64,000 nt of DNA from Chlorokybus atmophyticus. Lineage: Eukaryota; Plantae; Mesostigma and Chlorokybus algae. Shown here piece after piece: positions 53,700-64,000 of this stretch. Made by a program: the position numbers and the translations under genes. Position 1 is the first letter of the stretch; the number at the start of each line of letters is the position of its first letter. Under the pieces are notes generated by a model, which saw only the letters and a program-made list of their open reading frames with translations, had not been told where the DNA came from and did no database searches. The stretch spans positions 69,563 to 133,562 of the forward strand of contig RHPI01001442.1 in NCBI GenBank assembly GCA_009103225.1, in the 5' to 3' direction.

Positions 53700-56600
53700 T
53701 ACCATAGATGGTACCAGGGTACTGCGCTTGCGGAGTGTTTGGGTTATTGGGCTGAAGTACAGGTGTACTAGGGGGAGTAGTGCAGATCTTTGGGTTGTGA
53801 AGTAACGCGCGCTCATCCGCTCTTTACACCTTGTGGTGTCACAAGCAACTTAACATAACACGCAGGTTCATGTTTGGCAGCATTCTGTGGAGGTTTGTTA
53901 TGAGATTCGTGTTGAAACCAAGCACGTTGCAATACAATTTTCGTGCAATGTCGTCTACATCGTCGAACATCATGCATTATTATCACTATGAGGTAAGGGC
54001 CTTTACCACTTACATCATGACTTGAACTTGTGATGTAACGCGTATTAATATTTGTTTGCACTGGGAGGAGAGAAAACGTGTTCCGTAAAATATGTTGTGC
54101 ATTACTTAAGTTGCAACTTGTGTAGTCATGGGCATGTGTGCATCTCAGTCATGAACTATATACATATATAATACATATGGTGAATTAATCATATAATTAT
54201 ATGTTGTTGTGCGACAAAGGCAAAACATTATTACAAAGGCGTTGACTCATTATAGGAATAATGTTATAGTGAATCTAGCTGCGGTATCAAATCTAAGAGC
54301 CATGTTAACAAAAATCTTCGCCACAACATTATGTCGCTTTGAAATCAAATCGATAGTATATGGTTAGCTTGCATATGGTGATATATAAACTTGCAAAGTT
54401 ATGTATCAGCATATGCATATGCTGATACATAAGTTTGCAAGCTTATCAATCAGTATATGCATATTACACAATTGTGTATATACATTGTGCGTTGGCAACC
54501 ATTTTGTCTTAAACAAACATTTTCTTAATTGTAGGGGACACAATAATCACAAGCATGGTGTAATGCATCAATGTCAACCATATATGATAGACCTTTCGTG
54601 TGACAATCGTATTGCGTGTCATATGGCATGCATTACTTTAGTTTTCACATCTTGAGTGTTGGTTTGCAATAGCTGCAACATTGCAATCCTTGGGTTTCAG
54701 CGACTTGAGTGTTACGTTACAACATTTGCAATAATTCATGGTCTAGAGCACGTGTGAATTTTTATATTACTCATGTATAATATCATACATTCTTGCAACA
54801 ATTGTTGTAGAATAATACTGACAATTGTTGTAATATCTGTAATTAATAATCAATGATCAATTTAAATAGGCAATTTATAATCCGTCTCTACACAATCAAT
54901 TAAGACTTCACATCATCACAAAAATAAAATGAGATTTGATTGCATATATGTCATTTTATATGCTTAAAGTTTGACACAATACATGTTTGCATCCGCAACC
55001 ATGCCATACATGTAATTAAGATCATTTTACGTAATTAAAAATTGCATATTATAAACGTATGATATCTTATAAATTTCATGACATGCAAAACACATAACTC
55101 ATGAGTCTTTACTATACACAGTGGTAGTTAGGCTCGATAATTTGCAATACTATTGCGTAGTCGAGGTGTTATAGTGATTATGAACTTTAACCATATGTGG
55201 TTATATTGTTATTGAATGTGGTCATAAGATTACTCATATGAGTAGGATTAACAATCAACTTTACATAAGACCTAACATATTACACACCGAAGCATTCTTG
55301 CCTGCATGACAAGCTAGTACAAACATGCTAGTGAAAAACCTCTGCAAAGAAGGGTCACCATTAACAAAAGTGCAAACACAAGTAGAAACCTTCCCAAGTA
55401 CGCCGCAATCATATGACACTTTTAACGCACGCGTACGGACAACCTCATGTTCTCCACACTGTACATGCCACATGCCAGTAGTTAGTCATTGCAGTGAACA
55501 GACCGTTAACCAAGCCAAGATCAACAGCCGAGATTTATAAGTGAGAAAGTAGCAAAATGTCATTATCTGGTCATTATCGGGTCCAACACAATAATGGATC
55601 GCGCCAGCGTGGCGCTATGTGGAGTTTTTGTGTTCATTTTTCACTTAATTATGAAAAGTAAGAATCATCCATTTTCGCAAAGTCAGTATCCGCATTTTTT
55701 ATCTGTCGCGCCACATGCATGTAGTGGACGGTCTTGTGGAAAGGCCTAATCAATGCTAACTTAACTTGTACAACTGCAGCAAAATTAACTCCTATAATGG
55801 TCGCAATTATTGCGCGATAAAATTTGGTCACATAAGTGTATCAGCCGAGCACACCAATAATGCTGTATTATACAATGCGCAAGGGCTAGGCGATCATGTT
55901 GTTATGTCAAAGAATTGATAAGAGTAAAGTCATTTTGTAGGGCCATCCAATGCAAAAACGTCAAGCACAAAGGCTCAAGTCGGCATGAATTGAACGAAAG
56001 CATGCAGTGATCAAAGGAGAAACGTGACATTTCTTTGAATTTTATCGCATAACTTGTGGGTCACATGATGATAAGTAATATAAACAATGTGTGCATCTTG
56101 CTTGCCAGTTTTTGCAAAACGCCTCTATGGGGCTATCTGCAGACAGATCAACACACACTTAAACAATGCGGCTACTACAGAAGCTATAGCTACCGCCACA
56201 GCCGCTAATATCGGTAGCTACATCAATAACAACAAGCTATTGCATGCTATTAGCGGTAAACTGATTCTATTTTTGTCACCCTATTTCTTGCGCCTTGTAA
56301 TGAAATATATGACGAAACGGCTGCGGTCATGCTCGGGAAACAAAGACGCTAATAAACCTATTGCGCTAAAGGATTCTCAAAAACATATCTCCACCATTTC
56401 ATTGCATAGACAATGACATCATATAAAGTGGTGTAGGCAAATACAGCGATTTTAGAAAAGATGACCCACCGGAAAAGCATATCGTTCTCGCATGTAACTC
56501 TTTGCAAGCTATGTGCTAGTAAGCGGGGAAAAACGTGATGATGATATCGACGGGTATCACGGGTGTGACGAGTAGGGCATGATGGGCGGTGACGGCGTGA

Positions 56601-56750
56601 TGGATGTAGCGTGATGGCCAGTGCGTGATGGGTAGTGAAATCCGCGTAACTTGCATACTACGCGGTCTGATGCTCTTAACGATCAAACGCAGATGATGCA
56701 GTTGGCTACACAATATGCTCTTAGCAAGGGTACTCTGTGCTTTGCGCACT
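53700..56750. other. AT-rich intergenic spacer 3, palindrome-dense; possible decayed repeat/TE
   Basis: Perfect palindromes at 54190-54203 (14 bp), 54399-54432 (34 bp), 54455-54464, 54465-54478 (14 bp), 55097-55106 and 55231-55244 (14 bp); no credible CDS. Confidence 0.6.
54385..54446. repeat. 62-bp zero-spacer palindrome with a 34-bp perfect core
   Basis: TTATGTATCAGCATATG|CATATGCTGATACATAA is perfect (54399-54432) and extends to 54385-54446 with two mismatches. Confidence 0.95.
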
Positions 56751-56840
56751 GCCTGTGCCCAAGCCTCGCACAAGTTGTGCGGCACAACCCTGTCTGACAA
56801 ATGGTGGCAGTGGCGTCACGTGCGACGTGTCACGTGACAC
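56595..56840. promoter_or_regulatory. Putative upstream regulatory block: GCGTGATGG x3 array plus G-box/ABRE-like ACGT cluster
   Basis: GCGTGATGG at 56595, 56609 and 56623 (14-bp period). CACGTG at 56817 and 56831, ACGTGTC at 56825, and the perfect 14-bp palindrome GTGTCACGTGACAC at 56827-56840, about 600 bp upstream of the ATG at 57454. Confidence 0.45.
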
Positions 56841-57453
56841 AGAACCCGCCAAAGTTGGCGACGACGACGACGACGTCGCCGCCGCCCGCTGACCAACACG
56901 CTGCAGGAGGAGGAGGGGGAGAAGGAGGGAAAGGAAGGGGAGGGGAACTTCTGGAGTGGCCGCAGCAGCAACGCTGCTGGTTCAAAGGCATCGCGGAGCA
57001 TTCTGAGTGGGCTTGAGCTTCTAAAGCCGACCTGGTCTTCGACGGCAAAGGTGCTGACAATAGCAGCAAAAACGCATTGACTGCCAGACTTGACATCTTC
57101 TTCAGTCACATTCAACATTTATCTAAGCCAGTTCACACACGGGTTTACTCCGCCTAGCACGCCACTTGAGGTATGCGGGCTGTTCGTCATGCCACACGCA
57201 GTGGTTTTCATATCGTGTCACTTATGCTATACTAGCACGAATCGCTCATTTGCTTAACGAATAAATTCTTGACTTATCTCCTCACATACTCTCACGTATA
57301 TCAGACGCTCGTGGCAGAAAAGACGCACAGCCTTCAAAGCAAGCAAGACAGAAAGGAGAGCGCACAGCACAACACTGGGTCGCAAAAGGGACAAGGAGCA
57401 CACACTATACCCTGCGAGCACAACTACCAAACTCACACATAGACACACACAAC

Positions 57454-58542
57454 ATGAGGAGCGTACGTCCTACCCCGCTGCAAGTCCCTTACACCTCCAA
57501 CGGCTCCGTCATCCCCTCCTGGCACTCAGCCGCCACAACAGCCACAACAGACACAAACACAACAAACCAAACACCCTCCCAGTCCGTCTTCACCAAAGTG
57601 TCGGAGGATGAGGAGGACCGCCTACGCCTAGCGACGATGGCACGATACGCCGCGCGCGTGGCACGAGCAGAACGCGCAAGGTAAGACCGCATCACCCACA
57701 CCCACACCTACACACCTACACTCGGATACGGATGGTGTGTATGTGGGTGTATGTGTAGTACTCACCCACCCCATCGCAGGTCTCCCATGCGTCGCGCCGA
57801 GGTCTCCCACTCCCGCGCTCATTCCGTCTGCGGCAGCGGCGTCTCCCCCCGCAAGTCCCTCGGCTCCTCCCGTCTCGACGCGATCGCGGCGCTGGCTGCC
57901 TCGGGAGTGCCGACGAGCCCCGGGCCGACGGCGACAGTCGCGACGACGAGGGGGGGGAAGGGGGGGAAGGAAGGGTGGACGCAGGCGAGCGTGAGGGCGC
58001 CGGAGTCGCCGGGGAGTCCGCTCAGGAAGAGGTGGGTGGGTGGCACAGTGCATGTCACGGTGTTGCATACAAGCAGCGTTGCATGCACAGCAGCGATGCC
58101 AGCAGTGGCTAAAACATTAGTGATGTACACTCATTGATGGTGCGTCCGCTGCACAGCACGTGCAACAACTGGGTACCTTCACACGCTGTGCTGTTAGATG
58201 CACAAAGTGACGAGACTCGCACTATCCTCCACACTGCGCAAAAGCACAACCACGCACACGCAACATTGGTTCATCACACTCTCGTGTTGCTTGCCAGTGT
58301 GTTTGCGCTCGCGGGCGGTATCAGCATCGACGGCGGCGTCATCGACTCCACGCCGCGCAGCCTCAGTCTCCCTCAACCCCCGGCGTCGGCCTCGACCACC
58401 AACCACAGCAGCTGGACGGTGTGCTCGTCGTACACCGGCGCGCCGACGACGATAGCGATGGAACCGGTGCGGGCGGCACCACCCGACAAAGTGAGGAGAG
58501 GAGGAGAAGTGGAGTTGTGTATGAGTGTTCCATGCACAGGCG

Positions 58543-58592
<50 letters not shown>

Positions 58593-59988
58593 TCTTGTGC
58601 AGGGTTGGAGTTTGAACGGCAAGTCTTACGTCCACAGCCATCCCGCGAGCAAGCTGATGGAGGCGACGGGNTCCACAGCCATCCCGCGAGCAAGCTGATG
58701 GAGGCGACGGGTGCCGTTCGCGGGTGGGGATCGGGCTCGGATTACCATGACCTTAGCAGTAACGGTGCCGGTGTGGAACATCATCAGCACCGCGTTGGCG
58801 TGACGAGCGCGTCGAGCGCGGCAAGCACAAGCATGGGGAATGTGTCCGCGTGGCTCACAGGTGGGCGTATGCATATGTGAGTGCGTGTGCGTGTGCGTGT
58901 GCGTGTGCGTGTGCGTGTGCGTGTGCGTGTGCGTGTGCGTGTGCGTGTGCGTGCGTGCATGCGTGCGTGCGTGTGGCTGTGCGCGCGCGCGCATCTGTCT
59001 CATGCATGTGTGCTTGTACGTGTGCGCGCATGCGCGTGTACGTGTGCATGCGTGCGTTGGGTATTGTTACCACCTTAGTATGTTTGGGTGCTTACTGTAA
59101 CATGAGATGCGCTAACATGCGTTGCTGTGTTGTGTTTGCAGGTGAAAGCGACGGCGTGGACAGGTCCACCGCAGGCTCCGAGCACAACTTCGTGGTTCAC
59201 ACTGGCTCTGATGAGAAGGGCAAGGACAGAGTGCCAACAGCATCACACCAGGAGCATGATCAGAGTATTGTTGACTCTGATGACGATGAGGGTGAGCACG
59301 CACAAGAACAAGAAGAAGGCGATGAGTCTGTGGAAGAGGTGGGTGAGCGCATAGGAGCAGGAGGAGATGAAGACTGGCAGGCTGCCGTCGCGGCCGTGGC
59401 GGAGCAGCAGCGACGTATCGTGATGGCGGTGTTGGGGTCAGAGAGCGTGATGGACGCATTGACGCCACCGGAGGGTGAGAGATATAGTGTGCATGTGTGC
59501 GTGCATGTATCCGTGTTCACCTTCTTGTGCGCTAGTTTGGAGCCGCGTGCGTGCGTGTGTATGTGCGCGTGTGTGCACACTCTTGCGTATGCGAGCATGC
59601 GTGTGTGTGGGTGTGGGTGGGTGTGTGGGGAGGGGGAGGGGGAGGGGACGTGCGTGCGTGTGCCTGTATGTGCGCATGCAAACATGCGTTTGTGTGGCTT
59701 CATTGTTATGGTTATTGATTCACGTGATGTTTTACCCTATGCAGACTCTTTGCTTGATGGACTGCACGAGAGAGACGACGCCCTTGAGCGGAAGAAAAAG
59801 TTCTTCGCTCATCAGGTTTGGACCCTCGTGACCGAGTGCTGCCATCCGTCATCAGGTCACATCTGTTGATTGACTGACAAATGTCCGTTGTGACACAGAT
59901 GCAAGTGCATGCCGAGTGGCTGTCCAATGTGCTGTTCACAAAGGAAGACAAGCGCAGAGTTGGCTCCGTGGATGTCAGATTGACATAG
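57454..59988 (+). CDS. Hypothetical low-complexity (Ser/Ala/acidic) protein, about 7 exons
   Basis: In-frame spliced exons MRSVRPTP…AERAR | SPMRRAE…PLRKR | SVFALAGG… | GWSLNGKSYVHSHPASK…AWLT | GESDGVD…ALTPPEG | DSLLDGLHERDDALERKKKFFAHQ | MQVHAEWLSNVLF…VRLT* (TAG 59986-59988). The frame is restored if the duplication at 58671-58711 is removed. Confidence 0.6.
58631..58711. other. Exact 40-bp duplication flanking a single N (contig-overlap artefact)
   Basis: TCCACAGCCATCCCGCGAGCAAGCTGATGGAGGCGACGGG-N-same 40 bp; collapsing it repairs the exon reading frame. Confidence 0.9.
58881..58952. repeat. (GTGCGT)12 hexanucleotide microsatellite (intronic); nearby (AC)~21 at 58546-58587
   Basis: Read directly. 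Confidence 0.95.
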
Positions 59989-61357
59989 TGGGCAATCATT
60001 GCTGTGATTGACGTAGTTAGCGCTCGCATGATTCAGTTGGGATAGCTCATTGCTGATTACCGATCATTATTGTATCTAGAATATGTTGTCAACTTTATTG
60101 ACAGCTGTTTACGTCTGATACCAATGCAGAAAGCCACTTGACTTGAGTGTCCAACAAACTCACAATCAATCCTTGTAGGATGGTATGGCGAAGGCTTTGA
60201 CATCCAGGTTGTTGCGCGCTAGTTGACTACAACGTGCATTGCATAAGCAAGAAAAGTCATGGCACAATGTGTCCCATCATGTCTTTGGTAAGGCATATGT
60301 ACAAGGTTGGCTATGAGATGTGTCACCAAACCTAGCACAACACCCACAATCCCATACCACATGCGTCATCATAAACAACATATCACCTTAACTGTCAGTG
60401 TGCGCCATTGCGTCTGTGGCAGCCGTGCCGGGCTGGGCGCTGGCGATGGTGGGTGTGGACGTGGCTGCGTGGTGGTGTGGATGTGTGGGTATGTGAGTGC
60501 AGGGATGCTGGGACGACTGTTGGTAGCGGCGTGTGTGTGTGTGGATAGGCTTTCCGAGTAGTATCAACGCATCATGCCCGTGAACATGCACACAGCACAT
60601 GCAAGCACTCCCAAGCAACAGTAGGCAGGTAGGACCTCAAACGGTTACAACGGGGCAATGGTGCTAACTATGTGCAATAGCTAAGTGCCAATGCAACGGG
60701 GGCGGTAGAGCAGCAAGCAGGCACGCAGGCAAGAGAAGGCAAGGACCTGTGTGCAAAAGGCGGTAGTGGTAAGGTCGCAGGCTTGACGTGTAGGGCCAGG
60801 CAGGACAAGAGTGTATGTGAGAGCATCTGCGCATGGGGTGCATGTGCTGCGATTCCATACTGTCACGCTAGTCCGCACACTAACACCAACGCCACCAACA
60901 TAACGTCGTAAACGCACATACCATGTACGTGTACATGTGCACATACCGTAGGAGTTGTGCATGCACTACATCAATAAGGCAGGGGCGTTTCGCAAGATGT
61001 AACATACAAACAATGCAGCGTCCTTCATCTAAATCGGTGCGGTGCTGAAAGGTGGCATTTGTTGACTACCATGCCACCGCGGGTGTTGTCACTGTTGTGG
61101 CATGCGCTTGTCGCAAAGCCACTTTCAAAGCATACCAAGGTGAGCCAAATTTGCATGGCACAGAAACTCCTAACAATGTGCACGGTTCCGTGCGTCTAGC
61201 ATCGATACTATGTAGCAGTTTCAGCAAACACCTGTTTCTCAACACTAGCACGCGGGAGTACATCAACTTGCGTTGATGCACACTCTCTTCAACACATGGA
61301 GCTGAGCCGTATGATACACAACAACCTGGTCAAACAATCTAGACTTTTTCCGAACCG

Positions 61358-63542
61358 TCAAGAGGTAACCTGGGCCAGCACCGCTGCGACGGGAGTGGGC
61401 AGTCCAACGCCTCGCTGCAAGTCGGCGGTGATAGCCGCAAGCCACACGTAGTGTGCGGTAATGTTGTTGCATGCACGGGGCGGCAGCAGCGGGAGGCCGT
61501 CGGCGTCTTCCAAAAACCAGGCCTGGTTCTGGGCCAGGCAGTTGATTTTCTGCATGGGAGTCCCGAAGCAGTGCACGACGGCCGCCAGGCTGCACGGCTT
61601 CAGCTCGCCAAGGTAGCGGTCCCCCGGGTGCGTGTCCACAAGACAGCTGAAGAGCTCGTCCAAGAAGGTGGCTGATCGCGTGCAGTTTGTCACTAGGTTC
61701 AATCTCAACAGCTCGTCCTGAGCAGCTTTCAGCGGGACCTATCACAAATGTCACATGTTAGTAAACTACTCTGATATGGTACTCGTGTGATCAATCATCA
61801 GTGCCTGATGTAGCGCTCATATGATGCTGTGGGACATATTGGCTTGCTTGTTTAGAGCTATAGAGCTGCTGCATGTGTGCTACGCACGCTTTGACAGTGC
61901 ACAATGTGTACACGACCTTACCTGGGTTGCATCTCGAATAAGCATGTTGGGCAGCAATGCAAGCTGAGCTGTTAACGTCTGCTTTAGGACAAACTGCGCA
62001 TCCAGCACTTGTACAGTTGAGCGCCCATACAACGGCTCCGTGCTGCACATCTTGCGCTGTTGGCCAGGTGGCACATCCCACTGTATCTGCGACAGGGCAG
62101 AAGCCAGCCCGTACTACGCACAAAGTTGTGGTTGGCAATTGCAGCGCGAAGGGACCAATGGCAAAGGTATCAACCAAGCCTGAACCTGCCTCCTAACCTG
62201 CGTGATAGATCGCAAGGTGCTGTGCATTTGGCGCTCCATGTTTACTAGCATCTTGCCAAGTATGGCAGCGGTTGTGGGCGTGCTGTTGAAGAAGGTGAAG
62301 CCGCCACCAAGCCCAGGGTTGAATGTAGGTGACACGCCTGGGAAAATCCTCTGACAAGCAATCAGAGTCCATTAGTTCATTGCATGCGATGAATGTTTAG
62401 TTAGCGTTGACGAGCATGCAACTACCTGTGCGCTCATGTCAATGTTGCGAACGTCTTGCGTGACGATGTCAATGACCGCGGGGTGTCTCCATACAGCATC
62501 CACATCAGTGAGCAAGGCGCTCACTCCAGCAAGGACGCAGCGTTGAAGAAGCACAACCCGCATGAACATCTTGTGCTTGAAGTCTCGCAGCAGAGGATTC
62601 ATGGTTTCGTTGCTGGAGTTGCCGGCTTGCATGTAACCATCAGAAGGAACGAGCCCGCTGATATCAGCACTGACTATGCCTTGCGCAGCAAATGCCCTGC
62701 AAGCATGCTGTACATCATCTTTGCAGGCGCGTGCGCGGATAAGCGTGCATGCGCGTGTGCAATCGTGTATGAATGAAAGTATCGCACAAGCATGCTTGGG
62801 CCAAGTTACCTGTGAGCTGCGGAGTCAAAAGTGAACAAGGCCCAGTTGTCGATGCCGATGGTTTTCATTGCTTCAACCCAGTTCAGCGTGGTGAGGTAGT
62901 ACTTTGCGCCAGCGTCCGCGAACGCAATGACAATCAGGCCATTGCTTGCCCTCTCTTTAATCAACTGATCAGCAGATGCCCACACGCCCGGATCGACATA
63001 AGCACAAGCTGTAACCAGTGCAACCAACTGTCAACGACATAAACCCCACCCAAATTGCCACTAGTTCGTGCTTGCTGTTCACTGCAACTGTTCAACACAT
63101 CGTAATGTCTTGTGTCTTGTGTTTTTATACTAGCTTGCTCAGACGGACAGTCCACATATTCTATGCCACAGTGCCATATGCCTGGACAGCCAGTCATGCA
63201 CTGGAATGCATGGCACAACAACGTGTGTGCTCTTACAACTGCACTGGTATCCCATGCAGCATGCATGGAGCGTGCATGCTGTAGAATGTTCACTTCTTTA
63301 CATCTTTGAGCACAGAGAGCCTAGGGCATGCAACTCCGCCGTCACACGTTGGTGTCGCCGCCACCGGTTCCGCCTACTGAAGTCGATAGCAGCAATCTAC
63401 TCTTCCCACCACCATGCTTACCGGTTGGACGCAAGCATGCTGCCGTCACCAACAGCGCGATAGCGACATGCGCCGCCGCCAGCCTCATCCACTGCAGCCG
63501 AACACCATGCAGACATGCTGAGCATGCTGGCAGCAGCAGCAT
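61358..63542 (-). CDS. Nucleotide-diphospho-sugar transferase (PF03407 / GT77-like), type II membrane glycosyltransferase
   Basis: N-terminal hydrophobic anchor (RLAAAHVAIALLVTAACL); GLIVIAFADAG…TLNWVEAMKTIGIDNWALFTFDS; FMRVVLLQRCVLAGVSALLTDVDAVWRHP (DxD motif); NPGLGGGFTFFNST; C-terminal AVVHCFGTPMQKINCLAQNQAWFL. TGA 61360-61358. Confidence 0.85.
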
Positions 63543-64000
63543 TGCTTGGTCCACCAACCCTCATCACGATGGTGAAGCTGGTTGCAGCATAATGGTGCCG
63601 CTGTCTACCTCGCCGCCCCAGCGACGTCTAGCTAGCAAAGCATGACGATCCACTGACCTGCAGGTCAGCTGCATACATGCCAAAGCAACGTCACTTAGCC
63701 GGTGGTGTTGAAGCAGCTTACAGCTGCTGCAAGCAACTTTGGATCCCTACGTTCTCATAACAAGCAAAGAAGCACGGGCTCAGCAAACATAGCGACAGCA
63801 GCTAGCGCACTGACCAGCTGTCAATTGAGGTAGCAAGCTTCAGCTAGCGCTCACACGTTAGCCTACGAACAGAGTCCACAAGCTGCAAAGCTCAGCGGCA
63901 CGCTGGCCAGTGCTCACAAGAAGGCGACCTTGTCGACCTGCTCGGCCTGGATCAGCATGAGGCATAGACCAGCTTGCAATGCGCCAGCTCCAAGCCTCTG

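Noticed and set aside
55261-55473. Short ORF with Cys spacing reminiscent of a SWIM finger (MULE)
   Set aside because: Lacks the CxH ligand pair and any DDE domain or TIRs; too weak to call.
58631-58711. Tandem 40-bp direct repeat (possible TSD, CRISPR-like unit or programmed frameshift)
   Set aside because: Exact copies flank a single N and collapsing them restores the exon frame; typical contig-overlap artefact.

Overview
Eukaryotic, intron-rich (GT-AG) nuclear DNA from a green-lineage alga. The gene content (ESV1/LESV-type starch protein, P-type PPR-SMR protein, plant-type purple acid phosphatase, PF03407-type glycosyltransferase, plus a four-domain voltage-gated channel that land plants lack) suggests an early-diverging streptophyte or other flagellate green alga; this is inference, not a database result. 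About 13 genes or gene candidates are separated by three AT-rich, nearly ORF-free spacers (~5.9-9.4 kb, ~22.5-24.2 kb, ~53.7-56.8 kb). Most notable: (1) a four-domain CaV-like channel whose pore loops read S/D/E/E, with a NaV-like VFLT III-IV linker and an IQ motif; (2) the spacers carry many perfect or near-perfect, zero- or short-loop palindromes (up to a 34-bp perfect core and a 51-bp hairpin); (3) a sharp compositional island (GC3/CpG-rich exons, TG/CA-microsatellite introns) covering the channel; (4) a large Pmp-repeat beta-helix plus Cys-rich plus ~9-TM surface protein; (5) an ESV1-like protein with a ~25-aa tandem-repeat insert. Two assembly artefacts (a 487-nt poly-C run and a 40-bp duplication around a single N) are flagged. 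All gene models were assembled by eye from splice signals and are approximate.
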